NCBI GenBank assembly: GCA_032718475.1
Contig: JAUCBJ010006880.1
Coordinates: 1-64,000, forward strand
From: Nemertoderma westbladi
Lineage: Eukaryota > Animalia > Xenacoelomorpha
Length of the DNA stretch: 64,000 nucleotides
Reading direction: 5' to 3'
The position numbers and the translations under genes are program-made. Positions 48,813-60,377 of the stretch are shown here, one piece after another. The first letter of the stretch is position 1. Every line of letters begins with the position of its first letter. The notes beneath the pieces are model-generated. The model saw only the letters and a program-made list of their open reading frames with translations, was not told the origin of the DNA and did no database searches.

Positions 48813-49217
48813 ACTGTTTTTGTTAACCGTGGCATTAGACCCTTTCTACAGTCATTATCCCTGAAGTTATAATTATGGATACGCCACGAACGGCATCATT
48901 TCGACTTCTTTCCCAATTTTTGGAATAACTCAGTCGTAGTTGTTGGTAACAATAAATCTGAAGGCCAATATTCAGCACTGATCCATCGATATATTGCTCC
49001 TCATCTCTCTTTATGGTTACTATGGGAATTCGCTAGAGCTTTTAAAACAAGTGGAAAAAATTTAAAATGACTTTTTTTCTCTTTATTGAGTACGTTTTAT
49101 GGGCACTGATTATCTGTAATTGATGTATAATTGAAAGAATTTATTACATTTAAACTTTAACGTACTGGTACTTAGTGGCGGGTGGTGAGTTTTGAGTTGT
49201 TTGGTACAACAGCATAT

Positions 49218-52200
49218 CGATGGCCTAACAACAAAATGGTATATCCGAAAATATTCAAATTTCAGTTTTATCCACTATAGGGTTTTCCAGGGCGCTCTCC
49301 ACGCTCCTGTGATTGGCTAAGCGCCAAACCAATAAAATAACAGAGTAATGGGGCTATGAAATAATGGGATATGCGAAGACAATTTAAATTACAGTTGCAA
49401 AACAGGATATCCCGACTTAGAAGATGTTTCTAACTGGGATATCCAATATTTGCATTTAATACTTCCACATATCCCATTTTGCAATTTAGTATTCCTATTG
49501 AATACTATTAAGGAGAAAGACGGGGCAAATTCAAAACAGTCTGCGATTTGCATTATTTGAATACAACATATTTAAACACACTAACTAAATAGTATCAGAA
49601 ATATAATATGTGGTATGGTTATTTTGCCGTACTACAGAATGTTGATCGCCTGTCAATGTAGGTACAGAGTAGCGCCTGTCTGACATATGGGAGTGTTTTA
49701 ACGTGGTATGTTATGCAAATTAGTTAAAAAAATTTGGAACATAAACCTGATTTTTAATAAGCTGATCAAATATTTACTAGAAGCCAAAATATTATTATTA
49801 ATATTGTAGAACTATAAATCAGTCAGTATATTATCATATTATATATTATTTTGTAAAATAATGTTCAGGCAGGGAGATAAAGTGGATGTTTTGTGGAGGA
49901 AGCAATGGTGGACAGGAGGCGAAATACGGGCTGTTCATGAAAAGTCATGCTCAGTGGTGTTTGATAAGTCAGTCTATGGAACCCATTGGAGTCACCCGCA
50001 ACGTTACATTCACGAGAAAATTCGTTTAACGGATTTTTCACAAGGTTCTACTTCCACGAGCAATGGAGTCTTACTTCCTCATATTGCAACTTCTTTAACC
50101 TCAGCGACAGTGTCAGACCAAACTATAATTACAGAAGAGAGTCACGTTTCGGATTTGGATATATCAACACTGGAGATTAGGGTAGATTGTGCTAATGAGA
50201 CTAAGAAAGAAAACCGACCACCTGTTACAATGGAAACTCCTACTCAACAACAAGACTACCAACTGCCTCAAAATTTCCCATTGTCACCATTTTTCTTCTC
50301 TACTTTAGATACGTGCGATTTAAATGAGCTGGAATTATTAAATGGAGATGTTAGTCTTGGTGATACACAAATATATAATGACATCCCCCAACCCCAACCT
50401 TTTCTTCATTCAGAATCTTTACCAGGTCCAAACGTAGACCAAGCACCTGATGCAAATTCTGGACCTCGGAAACGAAGACGATTTGCCAATCCTGAGGAGT
50501 GGGTCAGAGAGAAAAATAAAAAAGCACGGATGCAGGGTTTGGAATATGAAGGGGTTGTAAAGGGGGAAAAGGCCACTAAGGTTTTAAGATCTGTGGGTGC
50601 AGGGTGTAACTCACAAGCATGTGAAAAACAATATGGGTATTATTGTAGAGATATATCACAAGATCAGCGTGCGGCAATTCATAAAAATTTTCTATCTATG
50701 AATTGGGACCAACGAAAAGTGTGGGTGGCCACAATGGTAGATAAAAAGATACCAAACAAACAACGAGCCACAGGAAAATCCCATACATTTAAATACAATT
50801 TAAAGGTAGATGATAAACGATTTTCAGTTTGTAAAAAAATGTTCATAGATACTATAGCAATGTCAGGTACAACAATACACAATTGGCTGAACTCATTTGA
50901 GAATACTGGCACAGTTCCAGCTCCAGGAAAGTTCCCAACAAAATCTCATAATAATGCGATAGCAAGGCAGCATGTTGTGGAATTCTTAGACAATCTTCCC
51001 AAGATGCCATCTCATTACTGTAGGGCACATACCACTCGATTGTATGTAGAACCTCAGTTTAAAACTAAAAAAGCTTTGTATGATTTATATTGTCAAAATG
51101 TCACAGAAAAATATAACGATGGTAATATTATGAGCTCGACTTCGTTTTTCAATGAAAGTGAAAATTTGAAAATTTCCCTTTTTGCCCCTAAAAAAGACCA
51201 ATGCGATACGTGTGTGGCATTCGAACATCAAAATATTAGTAAAGGCGAATATGAGGAACACATGAATCGCCGGAGTAGTTTGAGGGCTGAGAAGGAGGCA
51301 GACAAAGAGAGAGGTATAGAAGCAAATGGCGATGGACTTATTGTTATAATGGTTGATGTGGAAGCAGTTGTATTGACCCCGTATGTTCAAGCAAGTGATG
51401 CCTACTACCGATCAAAGTTGTCGACGCACAACTACACTGTTTATAATTGTGTAAGTAAAAGTGCAACCTGTTATATTTGGAACGAGACAGAGGGCAATGT
51501 AGATGGAGAAGATTACGGATCCTGTCTGTATGATTACATAGTCCAATTAAATTTGAAACCGAAATCAACGCTAATTATCTGGAGTGATGGTTGTGGAACA
51601 CAAAATCGATGTGCACCTCTTGCGAATATCTTACAATATCTTGCATTGAAACTGGATTTAATAATAATTCAAAAATACCTAGAAAAGGGACATACGCAAA
51701 TGGAGGTGGATACAATTCATTCAGTAATAGAAAGAGCGAAAAAGCATAGGGATATATACGCCCCATCTAGCTTTGTTGAGTTTGTACGTGGTTGCAGATC
51801 TAAACAACCTCTGGTCATTAACTATGTTGACCACACTTTCTTCAAGACTTTTAAAGCCATTGCTCTAATTTCTGACATTCGGCCAGGAAAGAAAAAAGGC
51901 GATCCAATGGTAGTTAACCTTCGTTCACTGAAATACTCTAAAAGTGGGGACACGCCCTTATATAAGTTAAACATAGGAGACCAATGGCAAGTGCTACCAG
52001 TTCGAAATCCGATGCAAGTGACATTACATAAGGAATCGATTCAAGATCTGGAAAATAAAATACTTGCAACATATAATTCCAGACTTTCAATATCCGAGAG
52101 AAAATATAATGATCTCCAGGCTTTGAAGATGGTGATAGACAAAGAATATCATAAATTCTACGATGAAATACCGCATGGGGCCGCTTCTGAATGTGACTGA

Positions 52201-53062
52201 TCTAGACTCCTAAACTAACTATTGGGACAATATTGATAATTATTAAATTTGTTTACATCGATAAAAGTAGCTCTGTGATCCGTGCAATAATATTCATTCA
52301 TATTGGCTAATTATTTGAATTAATTTTCAAATATTATTTTATTAACCATAATATTTCTTCTTGAATATTACCTTGGGTGATACCAGATACATTAAAGACA
52401 GGGATAAATCATGGATGCTTAAATCATTGTAAATGCCGCCGCTCCCTCACCTCACGATGAGATATGTCCAACTATGCACCCTTTCCACAGCCCCCCTCCC
52501 CCAGTGTTGAGGTACGTCCGACTACACTCCCCCCAAAATACCACCCCATGTCCGACTTCAAACCCTTCCCCCTGACGTTTGTCTGATTATTCTCCCCACC
52601 AACCACACCCCCCCCCCCCCCGCCCACCCTCCTATACGCCATGGAGGTATGTCTAACTACCATCCCCACTATGAGCTATGTCTGACTAACCCCACACACC
52701 CCCCCCCCCCCCCCCCAACCCGGATAATATCATGTTATCATGAAATATTTTACTATTACATCTACAGGATATCCCATTTTTACCCTAGAAATAAAATAAT
52801 AAATTTGGATAACCCCATATTGTTTCATTGCAAATTCGGATATCTGAAATAAAAGGAATTGCAAAATGGGGTATCCCCTAATTAAACACCTTAATTAACA
52901 CTAATTGCCATAAATATTTGTAATTAGTTACCAGATTCGATGGAAGGAATGAATTTACAGTTATCACCAAATTCTCATTTTCTATATTAGAAAAAAATTG
53001 TTTTTTTCGTCTCCTGGACATTGCCAAAATCTCGGATATACCATTTTGTTTTTTGACCATCG
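49218..53062 (+). mobile_element. Full-length Sola1-type DNA transposon (3845 bp)
   Basis: About 31-bp TIR CGATGG(C/T)C(T/A)AA(C/A)AACAAAATGGTATATCCGA; ATAT duplication (AWWT type) at 49214-49217 and 53063-53066; repeated GGATATCC-like subterminal motifs at both ends. Confidence 0.85.
49861..52200 (+). CDS. Intact Sola1-like DDD transposase, 779 aa, with N-terminal Tudor-like domain
   Basis: SHYCR, PKKDQCDTC, MVDVEAVVLTP..YYRSKL..NYTVY, WNETEG, IWSDGCGTQNR and KYLEKGHTQMEVDTIHSVIE motifs; uninterrupted ORF between TIRs. Confidence 0.88.
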   Translation: MFRQGDKVDVLWRKQWWTGGEIRAVHEKSCSVVFDKSVYGTHWSHPQRYIHEKIRLTDFSQGSTSTSNGVLLPHIATSLTSATVSDQTIITEESHVSDLDISTLEIRVDCANETKKENRPPVTMETPTQQQDYQLPQNFPLSPFFFSTLDTCDLNELELLNGDVSLGDTQIYNDIPQPQPFLHSESLPGPNVDQAPDANSGPRKRRRFANPEEWVREKNKKARMQGLEYEGVVKGEKATKVLRSVGAGCNSQACEKQYGYYCRDISQDQRAAIHKNFLSMNWDQRKVWVATMVDKKIPNKQRATGKSHTFKYNLKVDDKRFSVCKKMFIDTIAMSGTTIHNWLNSFENTGTVPAPGKFPTKSHNNAIARQHVVEFLDNLPKMPSHYCRAHTTRLYVEPQFKTKKALYDLYCQNVTEKYNDGNIMSSTSFFNESENLKISLFAPKKDQCDTCVAFEHQNISKGEYEEHMNRRSSLRAEKEADKERGIEANGDGLIVIMVDVEAVVLTPYVQASDAYYRSKLSTHNYTVYNCVSKSATCYIWNETEGNVDGEDYGSCLYDYIVQLNLKPKSTLIIWSDGCGTQNRCAPLANILQYLALKLDLIIIQKYLEKGHTQMEVDTIHSVIERAKKHRDIYAPSSFVEFVRGCRSKQPLVINYVDHTFFKTFKAIALISDIRPGKKKGDPMVVNLRSLKYSKSGDTPLYKLNIGDQWQVLPVRNPMQVTLHKESIQDLENKILATYNSRLSISERKYNDLQALKMVIDKEYHKFYDEIPHGAASECD

Positions 53063-54157
53063 ATATGTACCATAGCACATACGCATAAGCACATACCACC
53101 ACCCTCTGGTAAAATCAATGTTTCCTCAACTGATTCACATCTGGAACACAACTTGCCATAAGATTTGCATCTCTGATTATAATTACTTATCATCAATTAG
53201 AATATCGTAATAAATACGGTTTCGAACATCTGTTTGAGTTATTGATTATATGTATATTATATATATGAATTAATTCAATTTGAATGTAACAGCCATTCTT
53301 ATCTACATCTACTATGTTTATGTATGTATTTATGATTTTGTATTAATATTTGTAAATATTTGTATATATTGACTAGGAATAACTGTTTCATGTTATGTAA
53401 CTATTTCTTGTGAAGTTAACTTGTGAATAATATGTTGCTCATTAATGGCGGCGTTGTAAAGTTCAAACAATTACGGAGTAAAAACAGTAAGTAACATTGA
53501 AGGCTCCTCTAATAATATTGTAAATGCAATCAATAAAAAAGCCTGGCAGCAATGATACACATATGCAGTTACATATCCAACTCCATTAGTTAGAACAACA
53601 TGCATTATGCATAACATACAAATATTCATATCTGATTACATATCATACTTGTAGGATTAAATTGCTTCAGCGAATCAGGTCAAAGTTGGTTATTGTTAAA
53701 AATTGTTTATTGTAAACAATTTTATTTATAATATTAAAAGTATTTGTTTCATTCAACTCCTCAATTACAATAATGATTGAAGCAGCGATGTTTCGTCACA
53801 TGTTTATAGTTTAACACATAGTTTATCTTTCAACATGTCAATCAATATTTATGGTGAAGAAAATTCATAATTTGAACGTTATTATTAATAACTATTAATT
53901 ATTTACAGTCCATTCCATCAGTACAACTGTATATAGCATATATGTTTGCTCTTTTATCACGTATAACACGAAATCGCTTTGCGCAAATCTAACAACAACA
54001 CAATATCCAGGGTAGGATTATAACAAAATATATATCCTTTTTTTCTCTCCATTGGGAAATATCGCCCCATGGCGTTTGACGGCTGACTGCCGCTTCCCTA
54101 TTGCAGTTTTTAAATTGGTCCATGTGGTCAAATGGGTCAAGCGAATAATGCCTATTG

Positions 54158-55635
54158 GGGCGTAGTCGCTGTGCCGACAGAAGTGCCGACACAGGTGCCG
54201 ATAGAGGTGCCGACATAGGTGCCGTGCCGAGACAGGTGCCCACACAGGTGCCGACGTAGGTTGCCGACACAGCTGCCGACACAAGTGCCGACACAGGTGC
54301 CGATACAAATGCCGACACAGGTGCCGATATAGGTGCCGACACAGGTGCCGATACAAATGCCGACACAGGTGCCGATATAGGTGCCGACACAGGTGCCGAC
54401 ATAGGTGCCAACACAGGTGCCGACACAGGTGCCGACACAGGTGCCGACATAGGTGCCGACATAGGTGCCGACACAGGTGCCGACACAGGTGCCGACACAG
54501 GTGCCGACACAAGTGCCGACACAGTTGCCGACATAGGTGCCAACATAGTGGCCGACTTACGCACTCCAGGTTTCTCTCATTATGTTTATCTCACTAAATG
54601 GCTTACCTTGTTGTGACGTTATATACTGTCTATTTGTAACTTTCAGAAAAATCAAATTCCAAAAGCTTTATGTGGCAGATTAACCCCGTCGGCACTATGC
54701 AAAGGTTTCACACGTCAAAAAATATTTTATATTTGTACCATACCTGAAGACCCCATGCGATAGGGACACAAATGTTGTATAATATGTTAATATAGAAATT
54801 ATTCCTTTTCAGCAAAATCATTCAGAAGACTTTAAACAAGCGAATACATATGGCACAAGGAGTCTAAACAATTACCCATTTATATTATCATCATGTGTCA
54901 GTCTAAACTATATTTAAAAATTATTATAATTCTACGGTGGTAGTCGAATACCGCAACCATAGGTATACGGGGCTGGGGGTGGGGGGGGGGGGGGGGTGGG
55001 GGCTCCCCAGTGCCCCCGGAACCAATTATTGGGGAGAAATAGTGGAGAGAGAGGGAGCTGTAATAAACAGGAGAATAAATTGAAATTGAAAATTATTTTT
55101 TTAAGCAAAAAAATAACAATTGGAAATTTGAGACAATAATAATAATTACAATTAGTTTACGTAATTGTACAAGTACTAGTGGAAGTTATACAATATGGGG
55201 GGGGGGGGGGGGGGTTACAACTTATTATACCGGCGGATAGAATGCGATTGTTTGTTGCCGCTTTTAAATTTTGCTCTTGTAGGTCACCCCTACCCTTTTT
55301 GGCGGGTCGGGAGCAATGTTCCTGTGTCTGCACCTGTGTCGCTTACCTGTGTCGGCACCTATGTCGGCACCTATGTCGGCACCTGTGTCGGCACCTGTGT
55401 CGGCACCTGTGTCGGCACCTGTGTCGGCACCTATGTCGGTACCTGTGTCGGCACCCGTGTCGGCACCTATGTCGGTACCTATGTCGGCTCCTGTGTCGGC
55501 ACCTGTGTCGGCAACTGTGTCGGCACCTATGTCGGCACCTGTGTCGGCAACTGTGTCGGCACCTGTGTCGGCAACTGTGTCGGCACCTGTGTCGGCAATT
55601 GTGTCGACACCTGTGTCGGCACACCGTCTACGCCC
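54158..55635. mobile_element. Foldback-type element with inverted 12-bp subterminal tandem arrays
   Basis: Termini GGGCGTAG(T/A)CG(C/G)TGTGCCGACA inverted; (GTGCCGACACAG)n at about 54170-54557 and its reverse complement at about 55320-55622; no TSD identified. Confidence 0.75.
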
Positions 55636-58375
55636 AGCTACTGGCTACACGGGTACAATAATTATTAATAACAGTAGGCCTGCAGCATACAACAACAGTA
55701 AACACTGGTGGGAAATTATTGTGTAGGCCTATGTCGGTTTATTTCTCCCTAGTACAGTAGTCCGGCAGATATTGCATTATACCTAGCCTAGAAGTACTTA
55801 ATAAATATTTTTTAAGTAGATTATATTGTTGTTATCAAAAAATGCGACTGATGTTCAACTGTTATCATTCACCAGTGATCCTTGACCAAACTGTGTTGAA
55901 GTTACATTAGCGCCAGAGACCAGATAGCATTCACATTACCCCTACCAAGGCCGGGAGTATCCTAAGAAGACATTTAAATGGCGACGCGACATACTCCATC
56001 TTCATCTGTTCTATACACGTTCGTGTGGCCTTCGCGCAGCACGAGGCTTAGTTATGAGATACAGATTAATATTGAGCGATTCTACTGTATCACAAACTCG
56101 GTATTTAAGAAATTTAACAAAACACCAGTAAATCAAAGAGAGGGGAATAAAGCCCCCCCCCCCCCCCCCCCCACCCTTCAACCTCCCTCTTAATCTGCAC
56201 CACCCCAACCCAAAAGCGCACACAGGATTGATGAAAGGCAGGTATAATCAGAAATTTGTGTTTTAAAAGTAATATGTTATATTTTTTTATTTTAATATAA
56301 CACAAAATAGAACTGGAAGCGATTCACAAATATACAAACAGCACAAATTTCTAGCAAAAATAATTAAAGATCGCATATTATTTAATTTATTTAACCATCA
56401 AAGAAATCAATAAACTCATGTTATTGGTAACATGTTAAACTCATAAGTAATATATTAAATATTTTAGGCGTGGAGGCGACCCAATTTGTAAGAAATATTA
56501 AAACTTACCTTATGCCGATAGTATTGATACTGAAATATTAATTTATCATGTCAACGCCTCAACGAAATTATTTAGCTAATTATTCTAAAGAATCACGATT
56601 AAATACTCAGCCAATCATTTTGTAAGGTAAACACAATAAGCAAGGTTAAGCTCTCTTATTAGTCTGGCTCATTACATTGCTGCCTAATGAGTAGTGGTGA
56701 GCTGGTGGTTGGACTGGTTCCCAGTTAGGCTAGTCAATAGCAAGCATGCCTTGGAATAAGGGAGCTAGTGTAGAGTGACGGCTGACGGGGTATTTTAATA
56801 ACTTAATTACGTTTAGATCAATTAAAAACACATTTCTTAAAGCAAATCACTTGAACTAATTAAAAACTATAATGGAATGGGGTATGGGGATTACAGCTGT
56901 ATAATTTTTAAGTATAATTATTTATATCTTATACTATAAAATAATTAATTTCCATTAAAAGTCATGTTGAAAATGCTGTTTTTACCCTAACAAACTTAAT
57001 TAATTTTAATTTAATTAATTAACTGCTATTATCTTAGCTTCTCGAAGGCCACACGCAAATTCAACTTGGAAAATTTCTAAACTTTTGCCAGACTACATGT
57101 GTACCAAGTTTGGATAGATTTCATCGAGATTTGGCTGAGTTATTAACGTTTAAAATTGAACACAACAGAACGACAGAAAACAGACACACGATTGAGTTAG
57201 TGGTACCCGTATGCTAAGCTTGCTTACTTTCGTGGCTCGCCCCACAATACGGCTTCATTTTCTTTGAATGCCAGCCTTTCTCTAGCAGTAGGCCTAGTCT
57301 GTAAATATTGAGTTGTTACCATCTGTTAATTTCCAACAGTAAATTTATTACTAAAATATATGCAAGCAATCGGATGAATTGTCTTAACCGTTTCCTGGAG
57401 ACAATTTTTTAATTGAAATTATACAAAACCCTTATAGATGCAAACTGGGCATCAGTGGGATTATTGATCACATTTCCTACCAAAATCATCCAAAACATTT
57501 ACTATATACAGTAGGCCTTCTCCCATTCATAGGCGTACGAGGCTGGGGGGGGGGGGGGGAATCAGAGTTGGGCGATAAATCCGGGAAGGGAGAATTGGGC
57601 GATAAAATATAATAAAAGGAAGAATGAGAGGGATGATAGAGTGAAAAAGAAATCGAAATCTCAACTTAAAAATAGCAATTCAACACAAATTTATGTAATA
57701 AAAATGTTGCTACTACTGTAGTAACCAGATTCATAGTAGTAGTCACTTACACGTACATCGCGCTATAAAAACTTGAGAATTGGGCAATGCTGGTTACTGG
57801 CAGCCCATAAAACAGGCAGCAGCATAATTAATGGCGTTTACCCAAACTGACAGTAATAGAGTAGGCCTACACTCACTACATATTGCATTTATAAAGTACA
57901 CATACAATAATTGTAATTATAAATAGTTCAGGCTGTTTATAGTTCAGACATTTTTAATAATATAATATTCACTTATAATGTTACAGGTATACACTTTTAC
58001 TTAAAATGTTAAATAATCACAGTTTACTACCGGTAGTTTTTTTTTACACAATTGTTATACTGTAATGTTAAACAACGCAGTTTAATTTCCATGTAGGCCT
58101 ACAGTACACTGTACAGTTCATCTCTACGTGGGCGTTCTATCTTTTATGGAAGTGTTATGATTCTATTATAATAGTTTAGTCTATCTAGTACTCACTTGTG
58201 ATTATACTAATTTAATTATTACAGTAGGCCTACATAGCCTACAGGTATGCCAAATTTAGTTTGAGGAACCGGGTATTTTGTGGGATGGATGTAGAATGAT
58301 GTTTGGTTGGGGGGAGGTGCATTTTGTTGGATGTGGGAATGTTTACAAAAAAATTTTTTTTTTTTGGTGGTAGGT

Positions 58376-58406
<31 letters not shown>

Positions 58407-58692
58407 ACGTGAGGGGTGGGGGCGAAAATATGAGATATTGTTACAGCCCCCAACGCCCCCCCCCCCCCCCCCCCCCCCAACGAAGATGACTCCCGTACGC
58501 CTACGCTCCCATGCAAGGTTCAGTGAAAAACGGCATATATCTGCCGGAATATTGTAGCAAAATCCATATTAACTGCTTCCTCTATATAGTCACTGCTAGG
58601 CCTACCTAGTGAACGAGGGTCTGAATGTTGCCATCACGGGTGCCACTTCATCCCATCAAATATTGAACTGCAACCAGTAGTGGTATCAACTC

Positions 58693-59230
58693 ATTTTGTT
58701 ACATTATGTCAACTTAACAGCGTTCTGGTAAATTACTCGTAACGCTGCAACCTGCAAAGTACTATTTTGCAGCGTTGTGGCCTATAGGACGGAACGCTGC
58801 AAAGTAATTAATGACATGGAAACAACTTAAATTACCGTATTCCAGAATGTATTGTCCATTTGTGTTAATGAGTGCTGTTTTGTTATCCACTTTGCAGGTA
58901 CGGGACTAGCTACTGCTACTGTAAGCCTATGTCTGTATGTAATCCATTATGGCGAAACGTCAAATATAAGACATTTTAGAGAAAATGACCAAAGAAAATG
59001 GCGACAGTGTTCAGTAAAACTTAACGGACACAGACGGTGACTAAGTTTGCTTCAGTCGACATAAGTTGACATAATGTAACAAAATTACATACATCATTGC
59101 TTGCAAAGGTCACTTTACAGCATTAAAGACCCTTGTTTATTTATGTAAACCTCCCTCGCTGCGCTCGCTCGGTACATAAATAAACTCGGGTCGTAACGCT
59201 GCAAAGTGCGACTTTGCAGACAATGATGTA
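58693..59230. mobile_element. Palindromic non-autonomous element, Crypton-like
   Basis: 24-bp inverted repeat at 58693-58716 / 59062-59085, and a hairpin with about 58-bp arms at 59090-59230 around CTCGCTGCGCTCG; family label is from recollection of similar elements. Confidence 0.5.
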
Positions 59231-59315
59231 AATAGTTATATTGTTATTATGGTTAATTTCCACTGCCCCCCTTATCTGCTGGACGTATTCGGAAGATCGT
59301 TATGGAAACCTAATG

Positions 59316-60377
59316 AATAGGGTTGGTGCGCGAAAACATTGTTGGGCTAGAGTGGCTAGTCACATACAGCTGTCAAGGTTTTTATAAAAACACGAGCAAA
59401 CGGTCGAAATGGCGGATTTAAGTAAGAGCGGAAAGTTTGAAAATCGGCTGTGATTGGATGCTACATACTGTATTTGACGTCATTACGCAGTGCTCTTATA
59501 ATTTCTTATATTGTTTTCAATGGAGGTTGACTTTAGATCCATTAAAATACACATTTAATCTCAATCATTTCACACGCGGCTTATATCAATTGAAAGCAGA
59601 GAGTCTTGTGCGTTGCGTCTTTTGACACCACAATTCATTAAATTCATGGTGATGAACATTTTTTTTGATAAAATGAATCAATTCACAATTATAAACTCGC
59701 AGATTGTCTGACCGGTGGGCAAGGACTCAACCACTCAGCCCTCTCCACCTATTGCATTGCAGTATCGGAGTTTAGGCCTACTGCTGTATTGTTGCTTAAT
59801 TAAGTTCATTAAATTGAGTAAACCTACCGCTGTACCTGTACCACTGTTACACTACCGGGTGACCGGTACACATTTCAACTAAATGAACCTAAGCTGCAAT
59901 ACAGCTGCAATACTGTACTCTGAACGCCAATAATACAATGCAATAGGTGGATAGGGCTGAATGGTTGAGTCCTTGCATAACACGGTCAGGCAATCTGCGA
60001 GTTTATAATTGTGAATTGATTTATTTAATTATTGTTCATCACCATTAATTTAATTAATTGTCATGTCAAAAGACGCAAAAGACTCTCCGCTTTCAATTGA
60101 TATAAGCCACGTGTGAAATGATTGAGATTAAATGTGTATTTTAATTTTAATGGATCTAAAATCACCCACCATAGAAAACAATATAAGAAATTAGCAGAGC
60201 ACTGCGTATAATGACGTCAAATATATAGCCGCCAATCACAGCCGAAATTTTTCAAAATTGGCTTCACGCTCTTACTTAAACCCGCCATTTCGACCGTTCC
60301 TCGAGTTTTTTTTACTATTCGATTGTTTCTAGCCAAGGTATTCTAGCCCAACAATTTTTTCGCGCTCCATCCCTATT
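59316..60377. mobile_element. Long-TIR foldback MITE (about 500-bp diverged arms)
   Basis: Left arm AATAGGG(T/A)TGG(T/A)GCGCGAAAA...AAAATACACATTTAATCTCAATCATTTCACACG...CCACCTATTGCATTG matches the reverse complement of about 59870-60377. Confidence 0.85.

Larger units (their letters stand above)
48553..48930. mobile_element. Penelope-like retroelement remnant: inverted pseudo-LTR pair with short tail and 16-bp direct repeat
   Basis: Perfect 141-bp inverted arms (48563-48703 / 48730-48870, 26-bp spacer); AATTTTTGGAATAACT at 48553-48568 and 48915-48930; hammerhead motif in each arm. Confidence 0.75.

Noticed and set aside
53989-55726. CRHL, SAPV and VGTC repeat ORFs
   Set aside because: Translations of the inverted 12-bp arrays.
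58376-58478. Poly-G/poly-C tracts as a specific structural system
   Set aside because: Homopolymer runs of uncertain length occur throughout the window in unrelated contexts; no supporting pattern.
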